The notes: generated from the sequence alone by a model not told the origin. A DNA stretch of 45,962 nucleotides from an uncultured Candidatus Peribacteria bacterium (GCA_964629065.1 CAZVOZ010000002.1:13260-59221); one strand, 5' to 3'. Counted from the first letter of the stretch, positions 9,054 through 18,502 are shown. Numbers and translations: made by a program.

Positions 9054-9431
9054 TTATTTAGTTACTTTTTTCTTATTCGCCACTGTTCGCTTCTTGCCTT
9101 TGCGCGTACGAGCGTTTTGACGAGTGCGTTGACCACGAACAGGAAGGCCTTTCTTGTGACGGAAGCCACGATAAGAACCGATTTCTTGTAAGCGTTTGAT
9201 GTCCATCGCAACTTTACGGCGAAGATCACCTTCAGTTGTGAAGCGAGTGACGATTTCACGGATCTTATTGAGTTCGTTTTCATTTAGTTGGTCGACTTTC
9301 TTGTCTGGGTCAATGCCGGCTTCTTTGATGATTGATTCGTTGAGACTGCGACCAATACCAACAATAGCAATCTTTAGCGCGATGCCAATTCTTTTATCTT
9401 TCGGTAGATTTACTCCTGCGATACGGGCCAT
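9054..9431 (-). CDS. rpsM: 30S ribosomal protein uS13
   Basis: 125 aa. Has the [11 protein letters not shown]-terminus, [28 protein letters not shown] and a basic C-terminus. Confidence 0.95.
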   Translation of the reverse strand: MARIAGVNLPKDKRIGIALKIAIVGIGRSLNESIIKEAGIDPDKKVDQLNENELNKIREIVTRFTTEGDLRRKVAMDIKRLQEIGSYRGFRHKKGLPVRGQRTRQNARTRKGKKRTVANKKKVTK

Positions 9432-9453
9432 TTTTACGAGTTAAATTTTAATG

Positions 9454-9627
9454 TTAACCTTGTCGTTGTTTGTGTCTAGCGTTCTTAGCGCAGACAACCA
9501 TTAGTACTCTTTTGCGAGCGTTGCGTGCACGACCGCCTTTTTTTCTCTTGCGAGCATTGAGCGTTTTCGTTCTTCGAATGACTTTACAGTGTTCGCAGAT
9601 TGGTTTTACAGAGGCTCCGACATGCAT
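9454..9627 (-). CDS. rpmJ: 50S ribosomal protein bL36 with an internal basic insertion (57 aa)
   Basis: Not in the ORF track because it is under 60 aa. My hand translation is [57 protein letters not shown]. The L36 ends (..[14 protein letters not shown].. and ..VMVVC....HKQRQG) and the Cys-Cys-Cys-His ligands are intact. Position between infA and rpsM is canonical. Confidence 0.85.
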   Translation of the reverse strand: MHVGASVKPICEHCKVIRRTKTLNARKRKKGGRARNARKRVLMVVCAKNARHKQRQG

Positions 9628-9629
9628 TG

Positions 9630-9884
9630 CTATGGTTGTTTAGGGTCTATTTTAGGTTTATTGGGATTGTGGCGGTAGGTGATTCGGCCCTGAGTAAGAT
9701 CATATGGGCTGAGTTCTACAGTGACACGATCTCCGGGAAGGATTTTGATGAAGTGCATCTTCATCTTGCCTCCAAGGTAGGCGATAACAACTCTACCAAT
9801 ATCTAGCTCGACTTTAAATCTGGCATTGGGCAAGGGCTCAACTACTGTTCCCTCTGATACGATTGCATCCTCACTTTTGCCCAT
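9630..9884 (-). CDS. infA: Translation initiation factor IF-1
   Basis: 84 aa. Has an S1-like OB fold ([18 protein letters not shown]...[32 protein letters not shown]) and a short P/K-rich C-terminal extension. Confidence 0.93.
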   Translation of the reverse strand: MGKSEDAIVSEGTVVEPLPNARFKVELDIGRVVIAYLGGKMKMHFIKILPGDRVTVELSPYDLTQGRITYRHNPNKPKIDPKQP

Positions 9885-9949
9885 GTGTATGCCCTTTTTT
9901 TATGATTATTGTCAAGAAAAGCTTTTGGATATTACACGAGAAATATACC

Positions 9950-10714
9950 TCATGCAAGAGATTTTTTTGTTAATATTTCTGGTCCTTTTTCAGTGATTAA
10001 AACGGTCTCTTCTTCTTGTACTGCACAAGATCCGTCAGCGGTGATGATGGTCCATTTGTCATCGAGAGTAATGATTGAACTGCTACTGACAGCGAAAATT
10101 GGTTCGATGGCAATTGTCATTCCGGGTTTTAATTTTTCGCCCATTTTGCCGTTGAAGTAGTTATTGACTACTGGTGGTTCGTGTAATTTATGGCCAACTC
10201 CATGTCCGGTGAGGTCGCGAATTACTTTGAATCCGGCTTTTTTGATCACGGTTTCGATTGCTTTGCTAATGTCCCCGACATGATTTCCGGGTTGAGCGGC
10301 GTCAATTCCTTTTTCTAGAGCTTCTTTTGCTGTTTTGAGTAGTCGGATTTTTTCGTTGGATACTTCGCCGATGGCAATTGAGCGAGCGGCATCGGTGATG
10401 AGGCCTTTGTAAGTTACGCCGCAATCGACGGTGAAGAGGTCGCCGATTTGGAGGACTTGGCTTTGATTAGGGATTCCGTGAACGACGACTTCGTCGATGG
10501 CACTGCAAATTGTTCTTGGGTATCCGTGATGGCCTTTGAATGATGGTGTAGCGTTTTTACTGAGGATGTAGTCTTCGGCGATTTTGTCTAATTCGAGTGT
10601 GGAGATGCCGGGTTTGGCTTGAGAGCAAACTAATTCGAGCACTTCGGCAAGGATTTGGCCTCCATGACGCATGTGTTCTTGTTCTTCGCTTGTTTTGATT
10701 CGGATGAACGCCAC
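9950..10714 (-). CDS. map: Methionine aminopeptidase, type I
   Basis: 254 aa. Carries MetAP motifs: VVHGIP, FTVDCGV, ITDAARS, TGHGVGHKLHEPP, IAIEP and EETVLIT. The start codon at 10712-10714 is GTG. Confidence 0.92.
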   Translation of the reverse strand: MAFIRIKTSEEQEHMRHGGQILAEVLELVCSQAKPGISTLELDKIAEDYILSKNATPSFKGHHGYPRTICSAIDEVVVHGIPNQSQVLQIGDLFTVDCGVTYKGLITDAARSIAIGEVSNEKIRLLKTAKEALEKGIDAAQPGNHVGDISKAIETVIKKAGFKVIRDLTGHGVGHKLHEPPVVNNYFNGKMGEKLKPGMTIAIEPIFAVSSSSIITLDDKWTIITADGSCAVQEEETVLITEKGPEILTKKSLA

Positions 10715-10716
10715 TT

Positions 10717-11346
10717 TTAGGTATATAAGGGATCCAAGACTTTGAAAGCGTTTTGTTTTACTTCTTCGATTGGTGGTTCGCCATCGATATGGAGGAGTTT
10801 GTCGGCGTAGAGATTTAATACTGGCAAGGTTTCTTCTTCATAAAGTTTCAAGCGAGTTTCGATTGCTTCGGGATTGTCATCGGAGCGTGTGATTAGTTCA
10901 TTACCATCTTCGGAGATGGAATGTGGGTAGTCGGCAGGATAAACTTTTTTAGTCACAGGATCGATTCGCCGTGTTGTTAAGCGTTTTAAGGCGGTTGCAC
11001 GATTAATGTCAATGATGACAGCTTTGTATATCCGATGATGTTTTTCGAGCAAGGCGTTGAGGGTTTTTGCTTGTTCGAGTTGGCGGGGAATTCCGTCGAA
11101 GAGGATAGGGGAGTTGCTTTGGTGATTGTTGAGGAAGTTTTCGACGATTTCCATGACGACTTCGTTGGAAACGAGGTGGCCGGCTTCGATGATTGATTTG
11201 ATTTTGTGACCGAGCTCAGTATCGCTAGCGGCGAGACGGCGGAGTTCACCACCTGTTTCAAAAAGTTGAAGGCCGTATTTTTCGCACACGGATTTACCGA
11301 GCGTGCCTTTTCCCGCGCCTTGCATTCCAAAGAAGATAAGATCCAT
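10717..11346 (-). CDS. adk: Adenylate kinase
   Basis: 209 aa. Has the P-loop GMQGAGKGT, an AMP-binding region (GELRR...GHLVSNEVV...FDGIPR) and a LID without a Cys4 zinc site. Synteny is the expected secY-adk-map. Confidence 0.9.
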   Translation of the reverse strand: MDLIFFGMQGAGKGTLGKSVCEKYGLQLFETGGELRRLAASDTELGHKIKSIIEAGHLVSNEVVMEIVENFLNNHQSNSPILFDGIPRQLEQAKTLNALLEKHHRIYKAVIIDINRATALKRLTTRRIDPVTKKVYPADYPHSISEDGNELITRSDDNPEAIETRLKLYEEETLPVLNLYADKLLHIDGEPPIEEVKQNAFKVLDPLYT

Positions 11347-11356
11347 GGCTAAGCCT

Positions 11357-12649
11357 TTAATAGAACTTTTTATAATCGTGCATGACCAATTGAGCGTTGG
11401 CTTGGCGAATCAGTTCGAGAACTGTGCCGACAACGATGAGGATTCCAGCGCCAGAGATCAATAGTGGTACTGAACCAATACCAGTTGTGTTGAAAGCGAA
11501 CTGAAGAATAATTGGTATGACAGCGATAAGTGCGATGAAGTTTGAACCAAACAGTGTTAGGCGAGTTGAAATTTTTTGGAGATATTCAACGGTTTGACTA
11601 CCTGGACGAACGCCTGGTATATAGCCGCCGCGGTTTTGGATGTTTTCAGCTACTTGTTCAGGATTGAAGGTGATCGATACATAGAAATATGTAAAGGCAA
11701 CGATGAGAATGTAGAACAAAGCTGTGTAGCCAGGACTGTTAACAGTAAGAATTGTAGTCATGGTGTTGCCTAGCTCTTGGAGCCAAGGTGAGCGGGCGTT
11801 GACGAGGAATTGGCCAAGAATTGATGGAAAGCTGACCATAGCAACGGCGAAGATGATTGGGATCATGCCGGCTTGGTTGATGCGAATAGGTAGGAAGGAC
11901 TCATCCTTTTTTACTGCTGCTGATCCGTAAGTAATTGGTACGCGTCGTTGAGCTTCGTTTACAAGGATAACTGCGGTGATTAGGGCGACAGTGAGAATAG
12001 CGACTGCAGCTAGTGGAACAAGACGAGATTGATCGGTGTCTGCAAGGATCAAACCTTGGCCGATCATTTGGGGGACTTGAGAGATGATGCTAGCAAAAAT
12101 GATTAGAGAGATACCGTTACCGATACCTTTTTCGGTGATTTGTTCGCCGAGCCATACTAATAAGAGTGTACCGGCAGTAATGGTGAGCATCACAGGAATC
12201 ATCACTGTTAAACTGCTAGTGTCGACGATCGGCACGGTAGCGTAAAGTGTATTCATTAAGATGATCATCCCGTAAGATTGGAGAACGGCTAATGGTAGGG
12301 TTAACCAACGAGTGTAAGTGTTTAGTTTACGGCGCCCAGCTTCACCTTCTTTAGAAAGAGTTTCTAATTTGGGGACGATAACTGTTAGGAGTTGGATGAT
12401 GATTGATGCGTTGATGTAAGGTGAAATACCCATCAAAACGATGGAGAAGTTTTCGGTGCTACCGCCAGTAAGGAGGCTGAAAACTGAAAGAAGATCATTT
12501 TGATTGGAAATTGCTTGGAGGGATTCGATGTTTGCTCCAGGTACAGTGATGTGTGCAAGGACGCGATAAATAACTAAAATCCCCACAGTAAAGAGGATTT
12601 TTTTGCGTAGATCTTCGGAGCTCCAGAGTTGGCTGAGGTATTTAAACAT
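11357..12649 (-). CDS. secY: Preprotein translocase subunit SecY
   Basis: 430 aa polytopic membrane protein with SecY-like segments (GISPYINASIIIQLL, GEAGRRKLN.YTR, GNGISLIIFA). It lies between rplO and adk. Confidence 0.93.
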   Translation of the reverse strand: MFKYLSQLWSSEDLRKKILFTVGILVIYRVLAHITVPGANIESLQAISNQNDLLSVFSLLTGGSTENFSIVLMGISPYINASIIIQLLTVIVPKLETLSKEGEAGRRKLNTYTRWLTLPLAVLQSYGMIILMNTLYATVPIVDTSSLTVMIPVMLTITAGTLLLVWLGEQITEKGIGNGISLIIFASIISQVPQMIGQGLILADTDQSRLVPLAAVAILTVALITAVILVNEAQRRVPITYGSAAVKKDESFLPIRINQAGMIPIIFAVAMVSFPSILGQFLVNARSPWLQELGNTMTTILTVNSPGYTALFYILIVAFTYFYVSITFNPEQVAENIQNRGGYIPGVRPGSQTVEYLQKISTRLTLFGSNFIALIAVIPIILQFAFNTTGIGSVPLLISGAGILIVVGTVLELIRQANAQLVMHDYKKFY

Positions 12650-12652
12650 GTT

Positions 12653-13114
12653 TTATTCTTCGGCTTTTTTAATAAAGAGGACAGTCAATTTGCCTTTTTG
12701 AGCGCTGATTGCTTCGCGGGCTTTTTCGGAAGCTTTGTGAACAGTCACTTCCAATGTTTTAGTAAGTTCGCCTTTTGCGAGAAGTTTTACTGGAACATGT
12801 CGTTTGCAGATTAGTTTTTTAGCGTAAAGCGTTTCTGGCGTGACAGTTTCGTTGGCTTCGAAAGCATTCAAGTCGGAAAGGTTCACGACTTGGAATTCAA
12901 TGCGGTTTGGGTTTTTGAAACCTTTAAGTTTCGGCATTTTTTGGATGTAAGGCGTTTGACCACCTTCGAATCCTGGTCGGCGGCGACCGCCACTACGAGC
13001 GCTTTGGCCTTTCATACCACGGCAACTGAAAGTTCCGTGACCAGATCCGTTACCACGACCGACGCGTTTAGTTGGTTTTTTTCCGTTTTTGCTGCTGAGA
13101 TTGAGTAATGACAC
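12653..13114 (-). CDS. rplO: 50S ribosomal protein uL15
   Basis: 153 aa. Has the Gly/Arg-rich N-terminal region RVGRGNGSGHGTFSCRGMKGQSARSGG. The start codon at 13112-13114 is GTG. Confidence 0.93.
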   Translation of the reverse strand: MSLLNLSSKNGKKPTKRVGRGNGSGHGTFSCRGMKGQSARSGGRRRPGFEGGQTPYIQKMPKLKGFKNPNRIEFQVVNLSDLNAFEANETVTPETLYAKKLICKRHVPVKLLAKGELTKTLEVTVHKASEKAREAISAQKGKLTVLFIKKAEE

Positions 13115-13140
13115 GATAATTTTGATTAGAAGCTAATGTT

Positions 13141-13752
13141 TTAAGATTCAGTCTTTTTAACTGGAGCTTTTTTTACTGGTGGTTTTGGAGCTGGTTTAGC
13201 GGCTGGTTTTGGGGCTTCGGCTTTTTCTTCGACTTGTTTAACAGTTTTCTTTGCGGCAGCTGCTTTAGCCATGCGCGGAGTTTCTTGTAGGCTTTCAAGT
13301 GCTTTGAAAGTTACTTTTGTGTTATTAAGCTTGTTCTTTGTGCCGTAAGATTTACTGAGAATATCGTTGACGCCAGCTAATTCTAGAACTTTGCGTACTG
13401 TTCCGCCAGCGATAATTCCGGTACCAGGAGAAGCGGGCATGAGAAGTAATTTTGCGGCTTTGAATTTTACTTTTACTTGATGTGGGACGGTTGTGCCGTC
13501 GAGCTTAACATCGAGGAGAGTTTTTTTCGCTTTAGCAATCGCTTTTTGGATTGCGCCAGTAACTTCGACAGATTTGCCGATGCCGATACCAACACGACCA
13601 CGACGATTGCCGATGACAACAGTTGCACGGAAGCGGAGTTTGCGACCACCTTTAACTACTCTGGTAACACGGTCGATTTGGACCACTTCTTCATCGAACT
13701 CTTTTGGGTCGCGCTTTCTGAATCCTGATTTATGTTCTGACTGTTTTGTCAT
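13141..13752 (-). CDS. rpsE: 30S ribosomal protein uS5 with A/K/P-rich C-terminal extension
   Basis: 203 aa. The uS5 core is (VVQIDRVTRVVKGGRKLRFRATVVIGNRRGRVGIGIGKS...GTGIIAGG.VR). It is followed by about 40 extra residues, AAAAKKTVKQVEEKAEAPKPAAKPAPKPPVKKAPVKKTES. Confidence 0.93.
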   Translation of the reverse strand: MTKQSEHKSGFRKRDPKEFDEEVVQIDRVTRVVKGGRKLRFRATVVIGNRRGRVGIGIGKSVEVTGAIQKAIAKAKKTLLDVKLDGTTVPHQVKVKFKAAKLLLMPASPGTGIIAGGTVRKVLELAGVNDILSKSYGTKNKLNNTKVTFKALESLQETPRMAKAAAAKKTVKQVEEKAEAPKPAAKPAPKPPVKKAPVKKTES

Positions 13753-13769
13753 GATAGAGTGGAAATTTA

Positions 13770-14117
13770 TTAAAATTGTAATCCGCCTTCGCGGGCAGCA
13801 TCAGCTACGGCTTTGACCCGTCCATGATATTTGTAACCATTGCGATCAAAAACGACAGTATCAATCTTGTTTTCTTTTGCAAGTGAAGCGATTTGTTCGC
13901 CGACGGCTTTAGCTTTTTCGGTCTTTGTTCCTTTATCTTTAGCTTTCATGTCGGAAGCAGAAGCGATTACTTTACCATTTTCGTCGTTGATGAGTTGAGC
14001 GTAGATGTGGTTTAGGCTGCGGAAGACTACTAGTCTTGGTCGAGCTTGTGATCCGCTGATCTTCGCACGAATGCGCACTTTGCGTCTTGTTCTGAGTTGT
14101 TCTTTAGTACTTGTCAT
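13770..14117 (-). CDS. rplR: 50S ribosomal protein uL18
   Basis: 115 aa. Matches uL18 (RPRLVVFRSLNHIYAQLIND...VFDRNGYKYHGRVKAVADAAREGGLQF). Confidence 0.95.
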   Translation of the reverse strand: MTSTKEQLRTRRKVRIRAKISGSQARPRLVVFRSLNHIYAQLINDENGKVIASASDMKAKDKGTKTEKAKAVGEQIASLAKENKIDTVVFDRNGYKYHGRVKAVADAAREGGLQF

Positions 14118-14125
14118 ATTAGGGT

Positions 14126-14674
14126 TTATTTACCAGATGTTTTACCAGCTTTGCGTTTAACATGCTCACCAACATATTTGATACCTTTACCTTTGTAAGG
14201 TTCTGGTTTGCGGTAAGATCTTACTTTGGCAGCGGCTTGGCCAACTTTTTCTTTATTGATACCGGAAACGATGATGATGTTTTTAGCTTCTTCGTCGAGT
14301 TTGAACTCGATGTCATTGTCGGCAACGAATTCGATTGGATGAGAGTAACCGAGGTTTAGAGTGATCTTGTTTTTCGCTGGCATGGCGCGATAACCGACAC
14401 CGACGATTTCCAATTTCTTTTCAAAACCTTTGCTGACACCTTCAACCATGTTGGCAACAAGTGTGCGAGTAAGGCCGTGAAGGGCTTTGTTGCGTTTGAT
14501 GTCGTTTGGTCTTTTGACTTCGATTGTGCTTTCGCTGATTTCGATAATCATGTTTTCGTGGAGAGTTCTTTGGAGCTCGCCTTTAGGACCTTTAACGGTT
14601 AGGACATTACCTTCGGCAAGGTCGAGAGTGACGCCGTTTGGGATGCTGATTGGTTCTTTTCCGATTCTTGACAT
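14126..14674 (-). CDS. rplF: 50S ribosomal protein uL6
   Basis: 182 aa. Has the MSRIGKEPISIPNGV N-terminus and the YRKPEPYKGKGIKY C-terminal region. Confidence 0.95.
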   Translation of the reverse strand: MSRIGKEPISIPNGVTLDLAEGNVLTVKGPKGELQRTLHENMIIEISESTIEVKRPNDIKRNKALHGLTRTLVANMVEGVSKGFEKKLEIVGVGYRAMPAKNKITLNLGYSHPIEFVADNDIEFKLDEEAKNIIIVSGINKEKVGQAAAKVRSYRKPEPYKGKGIKYVGEHVKRKAGKTSGK

Positions 14675-14683
14675 GGCAATAGA

Positions 14684-15067
14684 TTAGTAGACTTCGCAAA
14701 TTAGTTCTCCTCCGAGGCTTTTTCGATGTGCCTCTGAGTTGGTCATGAGACCTTGTGAAGTGGAAACGATCGTGAGACCGAGGCCGCTTCGAATTTGTTT
14801 TAATTGTTCTTTTTTGATGTAAATTCTTTGTCCTGGTTTACTTACTCTTCTAAGGTTTAGTTCTTTGCGTTCTTCGTTCAAAGTGATTTCTAGCATTGGG
14901 AATTGGCCAGTTTTGACTACGGTGTAGTCTTCGATGAAGTTGTGCTTTTTCAAAATTTGAAGAATGTTTTCTTTAATTTTTGAGTAAGGAACTTCAACTG
15001 TTTGATGATGCGCTTTGACAGCGTTTCTAATTCTGGTGAGCAAATCTGCTATTGGATCTGAGTGCAT
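14684..15067 (-). CDS. rpsH: 30S ribosomal protein uS8
   Basis: 127 aa. Has the DPIADLLTRIRNA N-terminus and the GGELICEVY C-terminus. Confidence 0.95.
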   Translation of the reverse strand: MHSDPIADLLTRIRNAVKAHHQTVEVPYSKIKENILQILKKHNFIEDYTVVKTGQFPMLEITLNEERKELNLRRVSKPGQRIYIKKEQLKQIRSGLGLTIVSTSQGLMTNSEAHRKSLGGELICEVY

Positions 15068-15078
15068 ATTCTAATAAA

Positions 15079-15303
15079 TTACCAAGATGATTTTTTGAGG
15101 CCCATGATTTTGCAATCGCGAGCATATTCTTTGACACAAATACGGCATAGATCGAAACGGCGCATGTAGCCACCGATACGACCGCAGTTTTTGCAACGAT
15201 TGTAAACTTTTGTCGGATGGGTGATTTTCACACCAGCCGCCTTTTGTCTTTCAGCGCGTAATTGTCTGTTGTTAGTCTTGTTGATGAGTGCGAGTCTGGC
15301 CAT
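15079..15303 (-). CDS. rpsN: 30S ribosomal protein uS14 (zinc-ribbon type)
   Basis: 74 aa. Has CxxC...CxxC (RCKNCGRIGGYMRRFDLCRIC) and the C-terminus GLKKSSW. It lies between rplE and rpsH. Confidence 0.92.
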   Translation of the reverse strand: MARLALINKTNNRQLRAERQKAAGVKITHPTKVYNRCKNCGRIGGYMRRFDLCRICVKEYARDCKIMGLKKSSW

Positions 15304-15854
15304 TAGTTTTTCTTAAAAGGTAAATTGAAAGCCTTGAGCAATGCTCTGCCTTCATCGTCATTTTTAGCACTTGTGCTGATGTTGACTTGAAGACCGTGCA
15401 AGTTGATGACATCGTCAGGACTGATTTCAGGGAAGACAATATGTTCTTTGAAACCGATGCTGTAATTTCCGTTGCCATCGAAAGCTTTGGCTGAAATGCC
15501 GCGGAAATCGCGAACGCGTGGGAATACGATGTTAACCAATTTGTTCAAGAAGTGATACATAGCGTCGCCACGAAGGGTTACGCTGACACCAACGAGGTTA
15601 CCTTCACGCAATTTGAAGTTCGAAACTGATTTTCTTGCTTTGATTGAAACTGGTTTTTGGCCAGTGATTGCGGCGAGGTTATCAACGATATTTGCCGGAT
15701 CTTTACCATTTTTGACATAAGTACCAACACCACAACTTACGGTGATTTTAGTTACTTTTGGCACAGCCATATCGTTTTTGATACCGAGCTCTTTTTTCAA
15801 AGCTGGAACGATCTCTTCCTTGTATCTGGTTTTAAGGTCTTTAACTACTGACAT
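15303..15854 (-). CDS. rplE: 50S ribosomal protein uL5
   Basis: 183 aa. Matches uL5 (PKVTKITVSCGVG...ITGQKPV...ARKSVSNFKLREG...RDFRGIS). Confidence 0.95.
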   Translation of the reverse strand: MSVVKDLKTRYKEEIVPALKKELGIKNDMAVPKVTKITVSCGVGTYVKNGKDPANIVDNLAAITGQKPVSIKARKSVSNFKLREGNLVGVSVTLRGDAMYHFLNKLVNIVFPRVRDFRGISAKAFDGNGNYSIGFKEHIVFPEISPDDVINLHGLQVNISTSAKNDDEGRALLKAFNLPFKKN

Positions 15855-15861
15855 GATTTAA

Positions 15862-16185
15862 TTATTTTTTAACTTTATGATCGAGTTTTTCTTTACTTAC
15901 CTTAGCAAATCTTTCTTTCTTGCCTTTCTCATCTTTACGATAACCGATGCGCGTAGGCTTTGAGGTTTTCGGATCGACGGCCATGACATTAGAAGCATTG
16001 ATTCCTTTTTCATATTGCACTTTTTCACCGGGACGAGCGCTGGTTGCTTTGATATGACGAGTGATGATGTTTACACCTTTCACGACAACGCGTGATTTTG
16101 CGCGGTCTAAACGCATTACTTCGCCGGTTTTGCCTTTGTCTTTACCGGTAATTACTTTTACTTGATCGCCAATTCGGATTTTCAT
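15862..16185 (-). CDS. rplX: 50S ribosomal protein uL24
   Basis: 107 aa. Has the KOW motif MKIRIGDQVKVITGKDKGKTGEV. Confidence 0.95.
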   Translation of the reverse strand: MKIRIGDQVKVITGKDKGKTGEVMRLDRAKSRVVVKGVNIITRHIKATSARPGEKVQYEKGINASNVMAVDPKTSKPTRIGYRKDEKGKKERFAKVSKEKLDHKVKK

Positions 16186-16190
16186 GTTGT

Positions 16191-16559
16191 TTATATTACT
16201 TCAGGTGCTTGGGAAATAATTTTTTGGTAACCGCGTTCACGCAATTCTCTCGCTACTGGACCGAAGACACGAGTGCCTTTTGGTTCTTTATCTTTATTGA
16301 TGATTACAACGGCGTTTTCGCTGAAGCGAATTCTAGAACCGTCTTTGCGAGAAAATTCTTTTACTTGGCGAACGACTACAGCTCTTTCAACAGCTTTTTT
16401 CTTAACCAAACCTTTTGGGTTTGCGTCTTTGACCGCAACAACGATGACATCACCGATGCGCGCATATCTTCTCTTTGAACCGCCGAGTACTTTGATGCAT
16501 TCCACCATTTTGGCTCCGCTGTTGTCTGCTACTTGTAATTGGGTTTCTACTTGGATCAT
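16191..16559 (-). CDS. rplN: 50S ribosomal protein uL14
   Basis: 122 aa. Begins [28 protein letters not shown].... Confidence 0.96.
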   Translation of the reverse strand: MIQVETQLQVADNSGAKMVECIKVLGGSKRRYARIGDVIVVAVKDANPKGLVKKKAVERAVVVRQVKEFSRKDGSRIRFSENAVVIINKDKEPKGTRVFGPVARELRERGYQKIISQAPEVI

Positions 16560-16562
16560 TTT

Positions 16563-16808
16563 TTAGCTTTCTTTAGTTGGTTTAGGCATTTCGACTGTCC
16601 ATTTTTTTGTCTTACTGAGTGGTCGGCATTCGTAGATTGTGATTTCTTGACCTAGCTCGTAAGTTTCATTATTTGGGTTGTCGACATGATATTTTTTAGA
16701 AATACGATATCTTTTCTTATACTTCGGGTGATTCTCGTAGCGGTGAACTGTGACCGTAATAGTCTTCTCTTGCTTTAGGCTAGTTATTATTCCGTTTTTG
16801 CTTCTCAT
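16563..16808 (-). CDS. rpsQ: 30S ribosomal protein uS17
   Basis: 81 aa. Contains KTITVTVHRYENHPKYKKRYRISKKYHVD, and synteny is as expected. Confidence 0.93.
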   Translation of the reverse strand: MRSKNGIITSLKQEKTITVTVHRYENHPKYKKRYRISKKYHVDNPNNETYELGQEITIYECRPLSKTKKWTVEMPKPTKES

Positions 16809-16843
16809 TATTTTAGCTTTTAGGTTGTTAGTTTATAGAGCTT

Positions 16844-17050
16844 TTACGCGACTTTTTCAAGCTTATTTTCTTCTTTGAGTAAGGTTTTGATGCGAGCGAC
16901 ATATTTTCTCCATTTAGAGATGTCGGCGACATTGCGACCTTGGCCACTTTCAACGGAAAAGCGGATTTCAAAGAGGTTTTTTGAAGCGTCTTTAAGCTCT
17001 TGTTGCAGTTTTGAGTTGTCTAGTTTTCGAAGCTCAGCAATTTTTTTCAT
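16844..17050 (-). CDS. rpmC: 50S ribosomal protein uL29
   Basis: 68 aa helical protein (ELRKLDNSKLQQELKDASKNLFEIRF) lying between rplP and rpsQ. Confidence 0.9.
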   Translation of the reverse strand: MKKIAELRKLDNSKLQQELKDASKNLFEIRFSVESGQGRNVADISKWRKYVARIKTLLKEENKLEKVA

Positions 17051-17052
17051 GT

Positions 17053-17472
17053 TTAGAGATCGTTTTTAGTAATGAATTTGCATTTAACTGGAAGTTTGTG
17101 TGCCGCTCTGGTCATTGCTTGACGAGCGATGTCTTCAGTCACGCCGGACATTTCAAACATTACTCTTCCTGGGCGAACAACTGAAACATGGATTTCAGGA
17201 GAACCTTTACCACTACCCATCGGTACTTCGGAAGCTTTTTTCGTCAATGATTTGTGTGGGAAAATGTTGATCCAGATTTTACCGCCACGTTTTGTGAAAC
17301 GAGTCATAGAACGACGAGCGGCTTCGATTTGGCGAGAAGTGATTTCGCCTGAACTTTGAGCCTTGAGGCCAAAGTCGCCGAAGCTGACACGGGTTCCACG
17401 GTGATCGACACCTTTGTCAAAACCACGGTCGCGATGTTGTCTTCTGAATTTTTCTTTCTTAGGTTGTAACAT
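17053..17472 (-). CDS. rplP: 50S ribosomal protein uL16
   Basis: 139 aa. Contains [29 protein letters not shown] and PVRMGSGKG-like [10 protein letters not shown]. Confidence 0.95.
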   Translation of the reverse strand: MLQPKKEKFRRQHRDRGFDKGVDHRGTRVSFGDFGLKAQSSGEITSRQIEAARRSMTRFTKRGGKIWINIFPHKSLTKKASEVPMGSGKGSPEIHVSVVRPGRVMFEMSGVTEDIARQAMTRAAHKLPVKCKFITKNDL

Positions 17473-17474
17473 TG

Positions 17475-18155
17475 TTAGGCTTGTTTAATTTCTTCAATTT
17501 CTTCGATCAATTTTGCTTTAAGGTCTTTTTTGAAGACATCTCCTTTGTAGATCCATACTTTCACACCGATTTGTCCATATGATGTGACAGCTGGGAGTGA
17601 AGCATAATCGATGTCGGCACGGAATGTATGAAGTGGAACTTTTCCTTTGCTGAAGAATTCACTGCGGGAAATTTCTACGCCATTCAAACGACCACCAAGG
17701 AAGATTTTGGCACCGACGGCACCGGCTTCGATGATTTTATCAACGGCCATTTTGGCGGCACGGCGATAAGAGATGCGTTTTTCGATTTGTTGAGCGATGC
17801 TTTCGGCAACAATAAAGGCGTCGAGCATTGGTTTCTTAATTTCTTTGATGTTGATTGCGAATGTTACTTTGAAGTCTTTTTTAAGTTTTTCCTTAAGTTT
17901 TTCAATGATTTCACCGCCGCGACCAATGATCACACCTGGTTTAGAAGTGTAGATATTGATGAGAACTTTTCCTTGGTTGCGCATGATTTCAATGCGACTG
18001 ATACCGTCAGTATTGAGTTCTTTACGGATCATCTTTTGAATGGATGCGTCTTCATGGAGCATTTGAGCAAATTGCTTTTTGCCGGTGTACCATTTAGAAT
18101 CCCATGTTCTGGTGATGCCGATTCTGATTACTTTTGGATTAACTTTTTGTCCCAT
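17475..18155 (-). CDS. rpsC: 30S ribosomal protein uS3
   Basis: 226 aa. Has the [24 protein letters not shown]-terminus, a KH domain and [12 protein letters not shown]. Confidence 0.95.
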   Translation of the reverse strand: MGQKVNPKVIRIGITRTWDSKWYTGKKQFAQMLHEDASIQKMIRKELNTDGISRIEIMRNQGKVLINIYTSKPGVIIGRGGEIIEKLKEKLKKDFKVTFAINIKEIKKPMLDAFIVAESIAQQIEKRISYRRAAKMAVDKIIEAGAVGAKIFLGGRLNGVEISRSEFFSKGKVPLHTFRADIDYASLPAVTSYGQIGVKVWIYKGDVFKKDLKAKLIEEIEEIKQA

Positions 18156-18163
18156 GACGGCTT

Positions 18164-18502
18164 TTAATTATTTGATGTTTTAGATTCAAGGATAACAGTG
18201 ATGTGCGATGTTCTTTTCAAGATAGGATGAGAACGACCGCGGGAAATCATGTTTCTTCTTTTATATGTTGGACCTTCGTTGACGATAATTTCTTTGATGT
18301 GGAGAGTATCCTTTTCTTGTTTGAAGTTGTTTTCGGCGTTGGCCATTGCAGATTCAATCAATTTCTTCAATAGGGGAGCGGCCTTTTTTGGCGTGAAGGC
18401 CAAGATGTCGACGGCGTCGCTCGCTTTCATTTTGCGCACCATTTGAGCTATAAGGTTAGCTTTTTTTGGTGAAATTCTAGTTTGTCTCAAAAATGATTTC
18501 AT
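18164..18502 (-). CDS. rplV: 50S ribosomal protein uL22
   Basis: 112 aa. Contains RISPKKANLIAQMVRKMKASDAVDIL, GPTYKRRNMISRGRSHPILKRTSHITVIL. Confidence 0.94.
   Translation of the reverse strand: MKSFLRQTRISPKKANLIAQMVRKMKASDAVDILAFTPKKAAPLLKKLIESAMANAENNFKQEKDTLHIKEIIVNEGPTYKRRNMISRGRSHPILKRTSHITVILESKTSNN

Noticed and set aside
9885-9949. A TTGACA hexamer and the palindrome AAAAGCTTTT in the map-infA spacer, as a possible infA promoter or terminator.
   Set aside because: There is no acceptable -10 hexamer 15-19 nt downstream of the TTGACA; the best candidates are GGCATA and CATACA. The palindrome is AT-rich and short, with no U-tract. The evidence is insufficient.
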